From Octopus sinensis (lineage: Eukaryota), in assembly GCF_006345805.1 (NCBI RefSeq), contig NC_043000.1, forward strand, positions 7,750,001-7,814,000: a DNA stretch of 64,000 nt, given 5' to 3'. Within the stretch, counting starts at the first letter, position 1. Each line of letters starts with the position of its first letter. This document shows positions 1-11,309 of the stretch, piece after piece. Below the pieces are notes generated by a model. It was given only the letters and a program-made list of their open reading frames with translations, did not search any database and had not been told where the DNA came from. The position numbers and the translations under genes are program-made.

Positions 1-409
1 CCTACCTGGGTAGATGAATGTGACGTGTCTATTGGTGAAAATCATCAGTAAAGGTCAAAACTACATCCAAAATAATCGGTAACAATTTATATTTGTGTGT
101 GTGTCTTTGCGTGTTCCCCAAGCATTGCTTGACAACCGATATTGGCATGTTTATGTCCCCGTAGCTTAGCAGTTTGACAAACGAGACTGATAGAATAAGT
201 ACTAGGCTTACAAAGAATAAGTCTTGGGGTCAATTTGTTCAACTAAAATTCTTTAAGGCAGTGCTCCAGCATGGCCACAGTCAAATGACTGAAACAAGTA
301 AAAGATTAAAAGGATCTTTACATACTATCATCAAGTTTCATCTAAATTTATGCAATAGTTTTATTTTTATTATTTACCTGGGTGCCAGGGATTCTTTTCC
401 ATCCCAATT

Positions 410-960
410 ATGAAAAAACCAAACATTTTGATGTGGTGTGAAAGAAGGAAAGTTGTAAATCTAGTCAAGCTAACAGTTCCTCATGAAGATAATATGGACG
501 CCACTTGGGCTCAAAAGATTGACCGTTATGTAAACCTCCTCGAGGAATGTGAAGACGCAGGCTGGAAAGCAGAGCATTTTCCAATCAAAGTCGGATGTAG
601 AGGGTTTGTTGGACACAGTGTGAGATGACTGTTGTTATCATTAGGCCTAACTCATCGTAAAGTCAATACCACCATGACCAATATCCAAACTACAGTGTTG
701 AAGGCTAGCCACTGGGTTTGGTTAAAAAGAGATGATGAGTGATGACTAGAAGAATATTGAGCTCTATTTGATAACCAGCTGATCAAGCAAGTGGGGCCTC
801 ATATCAGTGAGTGGGGCTGGTGTGCATTGATACCGTTGAGAGGTAGGCCCCGAAACAGCACGCATTCTCTCCCGATGACCCCATACACTTGCTGGCTTCC
901 GGTATGCGGAGTTTTTGACTGGTAGCTCTTGCATGTGCAAGTTGTTTGCAAGACATATTT
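410..960 (+). mobile_element. 3' fragment of a restriction-like-endonuclease non-LTR retrotransposon (HERO-like) with 3' UTR
   Basis: Translation KPNILMWCERRKVVNLVKLTVPHEDN...KIDRY..L.EC..AGW....PIKVGCRGF, then past one TGA ...KASHWVWLKRDDE*, resembles the RPD..ELTVP.E...K..KY...GW....P.EVGCRGF...AS.W.W.KR C-terminus of HERO-clade elements. Catalytic D/E are substituted and there is an in-frame stop, so it is inactive. Confidence 0.85.
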
Positions 961-1264
961 ATATACTAAACAAGTAGCTTTTAATCAAAATCTCTAGTTT
1001 CTGACAAGATTGTATTCTAACATAATTTTAAAAGTTAATATTTTATTTTCAATTCAAGAGTCTTAATTATGATTTTTGGTTGGTGTAAATTTTATGTCTT
1101 TGTGCCTCTCTTACAAGATAAAAACTTAAATATATCACTAAGTTTTTGAGAAACTTGTTAATTTTTTTAGCTATTCATCACTAAGAGACTACAGTATTGG
1201 TCATTAAGTGAATTTTAGGGAGGTTGAGGCAGGAAAATGAATCCTATATTTATAAATCTTCATA

Positions 1265-1832
1265 GGCATAGGAGTGGCTGTGTGGTAAGTAGCTTGCTTA
1301 CGAACCACATGATTCTGGGTTCAGTCTCCCTGTGTGGCACCTTGGGCAAGTGTCTTCTACTATAGCCTCGAGCTGACCAAAGCCTTGTGAGTGGATTTGG
1401 TAGATGGAAACCGAAAGAAGCCTGTCATATATATAATAATGTTGTGTGTTGTGTTGGGTTCCCCCCAACATTGTTTGACAAACTGATGCTGGTTGTTTAC
1501 GTCCCCGTAAACTTAGCGGTTCGGTCAATTTTCTCGACTAAAGGCGATGCTCCAGCATGGCCACAAGTCAAATGACCTGAAGCAAGTAAAAGAATAAAAG
1601 AATAAAAATAGAAATTCCTGTCATATATATATATATATGTATAGGTATGAGTGGGTGTATATGTTTGTGGTCTGTGTTTGTCCCCCCAACATTGTTTGAC
1701 AACTGATGCTGGTGTTTACGTCCCCGTAACTTAGCGGTTCGGTCAATTTTCTCGACTAAAGGCGATGCTCCAGCATGGCCACAGTCAAATGACTGAAGCA
1801 AGTAAAAGAATAAAAGAATAAAAATAGAAATT
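1265..1832 (+). mobile_element. tRNA-derived SINE family A (octopus OK/OR-like) with duplicated 3' half
   Basis: Head GGAGTGGCTGTGTGGTAAG (A box) and GGGTTCAGTC (B box), core CACCTTGGGCAAGTGTCTTCTACTATAGCC, tail (TAAAAGAA)n. More than 15 copies recur in the window. Confidence 0.9.
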
Positions 1833-1839
1833 TCGTTTA

Positions 1840-2410
1840 TCATTTCCTTGACTGTTGATGTTCTGTGGGATGTCATTATGTTGGTCTGTCGGAGTGACAA
1901 GGACGACCAAATCATCTTTAAGGATGATTCATGACATGCACAGTGACTTTGTTTTAAAGTGAAGTAGCATTGTGTATCATCATTCACATTCTCTCATCCA
2001 TGATCATCTTCAATCCAGTGACAAGACCAGGTCAAGAAAACTGGGGATGCAGATGGCTGCAGTGGATGACCAAGATGTCTTATTTGCCCCATCTTGTTCT
2101 CTGCACTCCATATAGCATTGCTGCAGCGGCCTTTCTCTCTAGTGACCCATAAAGTCTTCTTTTACTGAGTCACCGAGATCCAGTTTTCACATGCATAGGT
2201 AGGCAAGCCCTAACGTACAATTTAACCCATAACAGGAACCCTGGTAAGTGCTTTGTCTCCAGCTCAGAGTAGACCTGGAAACAATAGTAGTTAAGAGATG
2301 GTTCCATACCCCTCAAAACCCAGGATATGACTTCAAACCGCATTCGGTAGTAGAACCTTGGTTTGAAGGTTCCGGGGCTTTGAGGAGTATGGAAACACCT
2401 CTTAAGTACT
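1840..2410 (-). mobile_element. Probable 5' UTR fragment of a LINE (RTE-like) ending in a long hairpin
   Basis: Relatively GC-rich non-coding block with a ~120-nt imperfect inverted repeat at 2286-2410. Family assignment is by recalled resemblance only. Confidence 0.35.
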
Positions 2411-3841
2411 ACTGAATAAAATAAATAGATAAATTTCAAAAAGATAACAGGAAGTTTAAATCGGAAGAATTAATGTCACAGCAAGAGTAACAATAGTCTA
2501 AACCAAAGAGAATCTCTGAATATCTCAGTTTAAGAAGAAAGTTGAATTACAATATATTTTTGGCAAGTTACCATTTATCTTATTGAGCTAGTAATATAAT
2601 AATCTCCATTTTTAGATGCAAGCAATAAACAAGATAAAACCTGTTGTTACAATAAAGATGGACAGTGCATCGATTTGCTCTTGTGTTACTTCTCTCTACT
2701 GCCGCAAAAAAAAAAAAAAGAAGATAAATTCTTGTATGTAGTTATTTTGAAATTAGGAAAATATTGATAAAAATAAATGTTCTTATATGATACATTGGCA
2801 TTGAGGCATGGGACAACATTTATTTTATTCACCATTTTGGACATTAAATGCTGGAAATAAATTAAGAAATTAATATGTGCTTGTAGGTTTGGGTATATTT
2901 CTGCTGAAAGTTTTACTCTGAATCATTCCCCCCACCCCCAAATTAGGTTCCAGAGATGATGGAGAACAGAGGAATGTAGAGAGGAGACTGTCTTCTTCTG
3001 TGAGTGAAATTCAATTGACAGAAACAAGTGTGTGTGTGTGTGTGTGTATCTGGTGCTAAACGAAGTGAAGGATTAAGGATTAAGTTTTCCACCCAAGGAT
3101 TTGAACTCAGAATGCTAAGAGATGGAGTCTGACATTCTTACTGTTCTGCCAGTCCACCGTCCTACTCTGGATTTGTACTTTTTTTTATTACCAATCCTGA
3201 AAAAATAATAAATAAAAGACCAAGTTGGCCTCAGTTGGATTTGAACTCAAAGTACAGAAATTCAGAACAAATATTGCAAGGCATTCTAGTCGGTGCTCCA
3301 CACAGCCCTTACCCACCAATCCACTACTTATTTTGGTCTACGACTTATTATATTGATCTATATTTACTTATGTATTATGTAAATATTTTTGGTAGACTAA
3401 TAGAAACTTGAAAACATTTTCCAGCAGACAGAGGTCTTGATAATTGCTAATAATGAGATAAAAGCTAGTGTCATTGTTCCATTATGTAAATGAATTTACT
3501 GCCAAGATTTGCAAGTGTGTAAGAGGTGAGGATGTGTAGCCTGGTGGTTAGGGTGTGGTATAAAAGATTGTGGTTTCAATCTCTGGATTGGTGGTGTGTG
3601 GTGTTCTCTGCAATCCCTTTGATATCTAAAATATGACATACTGTGCCCTTGTACTCACAATAGCAATTTGATGGAGGGAGTGAGTTTGATGATGCCCCAG
3701 CATGGCCAGAATCTAATGACTGAATGTACAGCACAAACATTTGATCACTGTAGACAAATTATGTGTGCAGGTTGTTCAATAAGAAATTGTGGAGTCAAGA
3801 GACCAAGAAGAAAAGTTACTTGAATCACCATCATCATCATC

Positions 3842-4076
3842 TTATTTCTTTATTGCCCACAAGGGGCTAAATGTAGAAGGGGACAAACAAGGACAGACAA
3901 AGGGATTAAGTTGATTACATCGACCCCAGTGCGTAACTGGTACTTAATAAATCGACCCTGAAAGGATGAAAGGTAAAGTCGACCTCGGCAGAATTTGAAC
4001 TCAGAATGTAACAGCAGACGAAATACCACTAGGCATTTCACCCAGCATGCTAACGTTTCTGCCAGTTCACCGCCTT
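3842..4076 (-). mobile_element. SINE family B, full-length copy inserted in (CAT)n
   Basis: Reverse complement reads AAGGCGGTGAACTGGCAGAA...TTCTGAGTTCAAATTC (B box)...CCTTTCATCCTTTCAGGGTCGAT...AAGTACCAG...CCCCTTGTGGGCAATAAAG, the same as the + copy at 31317-31547. Confidence 0.9.
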
Positions 4077-4990
4077 CATCATTATCATCATCTGTCTTCC
4101 ATGCATGCTTGGGTAGGACGGTTGAGGTTACTGTCTGTTTTGGCAGTGTTTTTACACCTGGATGCCCTTCTAACACCAACGACTCTGCCGAATGGACTGA
4201 GTGCTTTTTACATGGCACCAGCACAGGTGAGGTTAGTTTTGGCATGATTTTTACAGCTGGACGCCCTTCCAAATGCTAACCACTTTACAGTGTGGACTGG
4301 ATGCTTTTGATTTGGTACCAGTACTGGCAGAGTCACCAAGTAACTTGCAAGACAAAGAATTTTGAGAGGGGTGGGGATGGGGCATTAGAGGAGGAGATCT
4401 TGTGTCTGATGATGAAAGGTTAGAGTGTGACACAGCGACAGGGAGAATATTTATGTATTTTTGTCTAAGGTACCATACAGTGGGACTGAACCTGGAGCCA
4501 TGTAGTTGGGAAGCAAACTTCTTACCGCATAGCCACCAAATAAACATCCATCTCTGAAATCGATGGAAAATCCATCATAATATGTCTTTGCTAGTATTTT
4601 AAAAAAATAGTCTAAATTCTAGAAAATTATTTAGAAACCAAAAAAAAAGTAATTCAGTAAAAAAAAATTAATTTGTTTCAATTTGTTGATTATATATAAA
4701 TTGTTTAAGTTGTTTATTGTATTGTTTCTTTTATATATCTCTTTTACTCTGGCTTTGTTTCTACTTCATTGAACTAACTGTCTGCAGTATGTTATGTTGG
4801 CACTTGATATGATATGTAAGAACGCTATTATCTTAAGTTGGTTGTAAGAGCCAAAATTATGTTCAGAAAGAAAGAAAAATAATGAAAATTGTTATTTTAC
4901 TAAAGAAGAAGGAGTGTATATATATATATATATATATATATTCCACATATGTATATATGTGTATATATATATATATATATTCCACATACG

Positions 4991-5035
<45 letters not shown>

Positions 5036-5430
5036 AGATATGTATATGTATGTATGTGTATTCTTGTATGTGTGTAGGTATGTATATGTATGTATGTGTA
5101 TTCTTGTATGTGTGTGTGTGTGTATATATGAGCATTTGCCAAAAATTATTACTTTGTTAGCTATCTTGCTTTAGAATTACTTCCAAATTCGCTGCTTGTC
5201 CATCCTTCCCCCTGCTCCTGATAGAAGTGTAGACAATCAATCTCGTTTAAAGTTTTGGGTGCTAGTTGAAAATTTAATTTGTAAAGATTATTTCTGAATG
5301 TCACGATTTAAAAAGAACTAAAACAAAAGAGAAAAATTTGAGTGTTTTTTTTTAATTGACTCAATATCTGAATATATACATACATACACACATGTAGCCA
5401 TGCAAGCATGAGTATATGTGTATGACTGTG

Positions 5431-5488
<58 letters not shown>

Positions 5489-5529
5489 TACACACACACA
5501 TATACACACACATTCTTATATATATATAT

Positions 5530-5946
5530 ATGAGTGGTTGTGTGGTAAGTAGCTTGCTTACCAATGACATGGTTCTGGATTCAGTCCCACTGCGTAGTAC
5601 ATTGGGCAAGTGTCTTCTACTATAGCCTCAGGCCGATCAAAGCCTTGTGAGTGGATTTGGTAGTTGGAAACTGAAAGAAGCCCATCGTATATATGTATGT
5701 GTGTGTGTGTATGTGTGTGTTTGTGTGTATGTGTGTGTTTGTGTTTCTGTGTTTGTCTCCTCACCATTGCTTGACAACTGATGTTGATGTGTTTATGTCT
5801 CCGTAACTTAGCAGTTCAGCAACAGAGACCTATAGAATAAGTACTAGGCTTACAAAGAATAAGTCCTGGGGTCGATTTGTTTCACTAAAGGTGGTGCTCC
5901 AGCATGGCCCCAGTCAAATGACTGAAACAAATAAAAGAATAAAAGA

Positions 5947-5947
<1 letters not shown>
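5530..5947 (+). mobile_element. SINE family A, near full-length
   Basis: tRNA-like head, core, internal (TG)n, AGAATAAGTACTAGGCTTACAAAGAATAAGTCCTGGGGTCG segment and TAAAAGAA tail. Confidence 0.9.
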
Positions 5948-5999
<52 letters not shown>

Positions 6000-6019
6000 A
6001 GAGAGAGAGAGAGAGAGTG

Positions 6020-6075
<56 letters not shown>

Positions 6076-6363
6076 TGATAGAAAGATTGATAGATATAAG
6101 CACCTCTGTTGGTGCTGTGTTAAAGCACCCTGCACATTCTGTAAAATGGTTGGCATAAGGAAAGGTATCCAGCCATAGTTTCAAGCATGGCTGTTGTGGT
6201 TGAGAAGCCTGCTTCCTGATCATGTAATCTTGAGTTCAGTTCCACTGTGCAGCACCTTTGGGAAAATTTCTTATTTAACAACCTCTGGCTCATCAAAACC
6301 TTGTGAGTGAATTTGGTACATGGAAAACTGAAAGAAGTTTGCTGTGTGTGTGTGTTATATATA

Positions 6364-7497
6364 CAGGGTTTGGACAAAGTGATGGAAACACCTTAAAATT
6401 TCAAACAAATTTATTTTAATATGGGGTAGGACCACTTTTGGCAGTAATTACGGCTTGAATTCTATAAGGTATGGACTCGTAGAAAGTTTGAATTGTTTCC
6501 AAAGGAATTTTTGTCCATTCTTCATCTAAAACAGTTTCCAATTCTTGTAGTGATGATGCTGGAAGATATCGACTCCTTACTTGTTTTTCTAAAATGTGCC
6601 ATAAATGTTCAGTAATATTGAGATCTGGGGACTGTGGTGGCCAGATAAAACATTCAACTTCACTAGAATGTTTCTTGTGCCATTCAGTAACAACTTTAGC
6701 TGTGTGAATTGGTGATTTATCATCCTGAAAGATTGCGTTTTCCTCCAGAAAAAGTTCCGCAACCATAGGATGAATTTGATCAGATAAAATGCTTAAATAG
6801 TTTTGACTATTAATTCTGCCATGAAGGGAAGCCATTGGACTGGCGAATTTCCCAGATATAGCTCCCCAGATCATCACAGATCCTCCTCCATGTTTAACAG
6901 TTGAAAGAAGGCAGTCTGTGTCAAATGTATCTTTTGGCTGTCTCTTCATGTGTATACTTGGCTGATGGTTGGAAATAAGGTAAAGGGTGACTTGTCCAAG
7001 AAAATAACATTCTTCCTCTGCTCTAGGGACCAATTCTGTAGGTTTTTACTGCACTCTGAGTGCTTTGCAACGATTGTTTTTGAAAGTAGTGGTTTTCTGA
7101 TTGCAGCCCTCCCATGAAATCTGACTTTGTGCAGCCAGATTTTTATGGAGACTGGGTTCTCAAGGTGGTCATTAAGCTCTGCAGTAATTTTGAGAGCTGT
7201 ACTTTTGTGATCCTTTCTAACAATTTGCATAAGAGTCTGATGGTCCCTATCTGAAAGTTTTGGTTTCCTTCCGGAGTTTTGTTTCAAAGAAAATCTGATA
7301 GATCTGTCATTTTAATGAATTTTAATTACCTTTTTCCGATGATATCTGAAAAGAAACTGCAACTTTAGCAAAACATACTAAACAACACTAATAATAAATA
7401 AAAAAACAAAAATAAACAAGCTTTTGACGGTTTTATAGATATTTCAAAATTATGATGGTATGATGCTAGGTGTTTCCATTATTTTGTCCAACCCATG
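6364..7497 (-). mobile_element. Tc1-superfamily DNA transposon, DD36E (Incomer-type), frameshifted transposase
   Basis: ~28-bp TIRs (CAGGGTTTGGACAAAGTGATGGAAACACC / GGTGTTTCCATTATTTTGTCCAACCCATG) flanked by TA. ORFs 6946-7287 (GRKPKLS HTH region) and 6416-7033 (TVKHGGGSVMIWG; FQDDKSPIHT...WPPQSPDLNITEHLW) have 36 residues between the second D and the E. Confidence 0.95.
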
Positions 7498-8099
7498 TAT
7501 ACATATATATATATATATCATCATCATCATTTAATGTCTGTTGTCCATGCTAGAATGGGTTGGACTGTTTGACGAGGGCCACAAACTGAGAGGCTACACC
7601 AGACTCCAGTCTGATTTGGCATGGTCTCTATGGCTGGATGCCCTTCCTAATGCCAACCTTTCCAAGAGTGTGGTGGGTGCTTTTACGTGACACCATCATT
7701 AGCCACATTGCCTATATATAAGTATAAGTATGTGTGTGTGTGTGCTAGATATGTGAGCGCATTGGGAGTGATTGCATCAATTACTACAGTTGTCTTTGTC
7801 TCACCTCTAACCACCACCACTCCTCATACTCTTCTGAAACTCCCCCCCTCTATCCTTCCTGCCCACTCACCTAGTCCAATCCTCTATATCACTTCACTTG
7901 TATCCACCCTCCTTTTTATCTAGAGTTCTGATATGTATCCATCACCATCTCTCTCAGTCTCTTCCTCTCTATCTTTCTCTCATCATTTCTCTCTTTCTCT
8001 CTTTCTATTTTTCTCTCTAAGTCTTTTAACCTTTCATCAACTGGTATGAGGTTACCTCCCTCAATACTACTCTCTCTCCTAGTCAAGTAGTATTTATCT

Positions 8100-8325
8100 T
8101 ACAAGTTACTTAGTGACACCGCCTATGTAGGTACCACAAGAAAAGCACCCAGTACACTCTGTAAAGTGGTTGACATTAGGAAGGGCATCGAGCCATAGAC
8201 ATGATGTCAAAACATACAATAGAGCTTGGTGCATTCCTCTGGCTTTGCCAACTCTTGTGAAACTATATATCCTATGCCAGCATGGAAAACGGAATTGAAA
8301 TGATGATGATGATGATGATGATGAT
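8100..8325 (+). mobile_element. RTE-tail-type SINE/LINE end (family C) with (GAT)n tail; representative of many copies
   Basis: AAAAGCACCCAGTACACTCTGTAAAGTGGTTG..TTAGGAAGGGCATC...ATGCCAGCATGGAAAACGGA..(TGA)n. The same end directly follows the RTE RT fragment at 46800-47090. Confidence 0.8.
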
Positions 8326-8508
8326 ATATATACATAGGCACAGGAGGAGTGGTTGTGTAGTAAGTAGCTTGCTTATCAACCACATGGTTCTGAGTTAAGT
8401 CCCATTGCATGGCACCTTGGGCAAGTGTCTTCTACTATAGCCTCAGGCTGACCAAAGCCTTGTGAGTGGACTTGGAAGATGGAAACTGAAAGAAGCCTGT
8501 CATATATG

Positions 8509-8555
<47 letters not shown>

Positions 8556-9175
8556 CAAAGGCCATACTTAGTATGTCTACCTGCTGGAAATAACAGTCAA
8601 ATATATGTACACACACACACACATATATATAGGTAGGTAAATAAATAGATAGATAGACAGATGTTAATGTACACACTCATTTTACATTCATACTCAAACA
8701 TGCATATATGTAAACACAAGGAACATAATGTTTCATATAAGGCCCCATGGAAATATTTATTAAAAAAAAACAAAGTAAAGAAATAATAAAAATCAAAAGA
8801 CATTAATGCAAAAATTCTAGGGAAAAATAACAAAAAACAGCTGAATACTGGATACTGCGTAATAGAAAAACTAATTCATTTTAGAATGGATACACACTGC
8901 TGAAGTACACATACATATACCCACACACACATACACAGAAATGCCCTTGTACACATATATATCTCTCCCTCCCTCCCTCCCTCCATACATACATTTACAT
9001 AGACACATCTTCCCACTTGGCTCTTATTGATTGATCATTACGTAAGAATAAGCTAATACTTCCTGTCTAGCTACTCTAGGTTGAAATCTCTGTCTTGTGC
9101 TACTAGCGACTTTTGTTCACACTATATCATATATTGACACAGTGAAGGGAATTATCTGTCTCTTTATAATAAATT

Positions 9176-9217
9176 CATTATTATTATTATTATTATAATT
9201 ATTATTATTATTATTAC

Positions 9218-9256
<39 letters not shown>

Positions 9257-9306
9257 CATTATTATTATAATTATTATTATTATTATTATCATTATTATTA
9301 TTATTA

Positions 9307-9392
<86 letters not shown>

Positions 9393-9411
9393 GTTATTAT
9401 TATTATTATCA
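9176..9411. repeat. (ATT)n microsatellite, ~235 bp
   Basis: Directly visible; source of the poly-N and poly-I ORFs. Confidence 0.98.
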
Positions 9412-9771
9412 TTTAGTGGCATTTCATCTGTCTCCCCATTCTGAGTTCAAATTGCATTGAGGTTGAATTTACCTGTCATCCTTTTGTGGTGGATAAAATA
9501 AGTACCATTTGAAACCTGGGGTTGATGTAATTGATTTATTTATTACTGGTCTCCTTAAATTTTTGGCCTTGTGTCTAAATTTGAAACCATTATTATTATA
9601 AATATTTAGTGGTATTTCGTCTGTGCTCACATTTTGAGTTCAAATTCTATGAAGGTCAACTTTGCCTGTCATCCTTTTGGAGGTTGATAAAATAAATACC
9701 TATTCAATCCAATACTGGGATCAATGTAATCAATTCACTTGCTGGCCTTGTGCCTATAGAAAAAAGAATTA

Positions 9772-9808
<37 letters not shown>

Positions 9809-10040
9809 TTTTTTTTTTCTTTCTTTCTAAGGTGGTAAACTGGCAGAATTGTTAGCATGCCGGGCTAAATGTTTAGTGGCATTTTGTCTCTCTTTACATT
9901 CAGAGTCCAAATTCTGCTGGGGTCAACTTTGCCTTTCATCTTTTTGGGGTCAATAAAATAAGTACCAGTTGAGTACTGAGGTTGATCTAATTGACTGCCC
10001 CCCCCCCAAATTTCAGGCCTTTTGCCTATAGTAGAAAGGA

Positions 10041-10072
<32 letters not shown>

Positions 10073-10295
10073 TAAGTGGCAAGCTGGCAGACTCATTAGC
10101 ATGCGGGACAAAATGCTTAGTGGCATTTTGTCGGTCTTTATGTTCTGAGTTCAAATTTTGCTGAGGTTGAATTTGCCTGTCATCTTTTCGGGATTGATAA
10201 ATTAAGTACCAGTCAAACACTGGGGTTGATATAATTGACTGGCCTCCTCCCCCCAAATTTCAGGCTTTGTGCCTATAGTAGAAAAAAAATCATTG

Positions 10296-10331
<36 letters not shown>

Positions 10332-10645
10332 TAAGTGGCAAGCTGGCAGACTCATTAGCGTGCGGGACAAAATGCTTAGTGGCATTTTGTCGGTCTTTAT
10401 GTTCTGAGTTCAAATTTTGCTGAGGTTGACTTTGCCTGTCATCCTTTCGGGGTTAATAAATTAAGTACCAGTCAAACACTGGGGTTCATATAATTAACTA
10501 GTCTCCTCCCCCAAAATTTCAGGCCTTGTGCCTTTAGTACAAAGGATTATTATTATTATTATTATTATTATTATTTTGGGTGGTGAGCTTGCTGAATCAT
10601 TAGAGCATCAGAGAAAATACCTTGCAGTATTTCAGCTTTTTACAT
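9412..10645 (+). mobile_element. Head-to-tail array of 5-6 SINE family B copies separated by (TTA)n
   Basis: TGAGTTCAAATT...GCCTGTCATCC...AAGTACCAG...GGCCTTGTGCC repeated at about 9412, 9600, 9829, 10072 and 10332, with a partial copy at 10578. Confidence 0.9.
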
Positions 10646-10659
10646 TCACTTTTCTTTGA

Positions 10660-10985
10660 TATACACCGATATAAAAGTTGTCACACTGTCGGTTTTAATG
10701 ACAAGGGTTCCAGTTGATCCAATCAATGGAACAGCCTTCTCTTGAAATTAACCTGCTTGTGACTGAGCACTCTACAGACACCTGTACCTTTAACATAGTT
10801 CTCAGGGAGATTCAGCGTGACAAGGCTGGATCTCTGAAACACACGTACTATGCATTTTTGCCAGCTGAGTGGACTGGAGCAATCTGAAATAAAATGTCTT
10901 GTTTGAGAACACAGTGCTTTGCCGGGAATTGAACTCACGACCTTACGATTGTGAGCCAAATACCGTTACCACTAAGCCACGTGTC
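10660..10985 (-). mobile_element. tRNA-derived SINE family D
   Basis: Minus strand has TGGCTTAGTGG (A box), GAGTTCAATTCCC (B box) and a TGTGTTCTCAAACAAGACA core. Relatives at 29750, 32835, 35252, 36725, 50052 and 61040. Confidence 0.85.
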
Positions 10986-11309
10986 TGTACTTGAAGTTGT
11001 GTAAACTGCCACTAAACACAATAAAGACTGACATACTTAGTTTTGTGTTCCACTGAGGACCCTGGCACGAACATAAATCTCCATCTCATATCAAAGCATA
11101 ATGTAACAGTTTGCACCAGTTCAGTTTTTAATCCAGCCCAGTTCTGTCTCTAATTTACCAAATCTACGTCTGTTTTGTTTCATACTAGTTGACTGGCTGA
11201 GATTAGAATTATGAAATTGTAAAAGTGTACTATTAAATTATATCTAAAAATAGCAATAAAATTAAATATATTGATAAAACTGTTTGAAACTCAATGTGAA
11301 TTCAGAGGG

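Noticed and set aside
2947-2999. Possible micro-exon SRDDGEQRNVERRLSSS with GTGAGT donor, and an acceptor at 5174
   Set aside because: Weak acceptor context and no homology; indistinguishable from chance.
4863-5625. YIYI/THTH/CVCV ORFs, and similar ones at 21100-22400, 45050, 51350-52270 and 59850-62200
   Set aside because: Translations of (AT)n, (CA)n and (ATGT)n microsatellites.
9117-9422. Poly-Asn/poly-Ile ORFs and the poly-Gly/poly-Val ORFs at 16523-16823
   Set aside because: Pure trinucleotide repeats with no splice or domain context.
9412-10645. Regularly spaced repeats resembling a CRISPR array
   Set aside because: Units are ~200-bp SINEs with microsatellite spacers; eukaryotic context and no cas genes.
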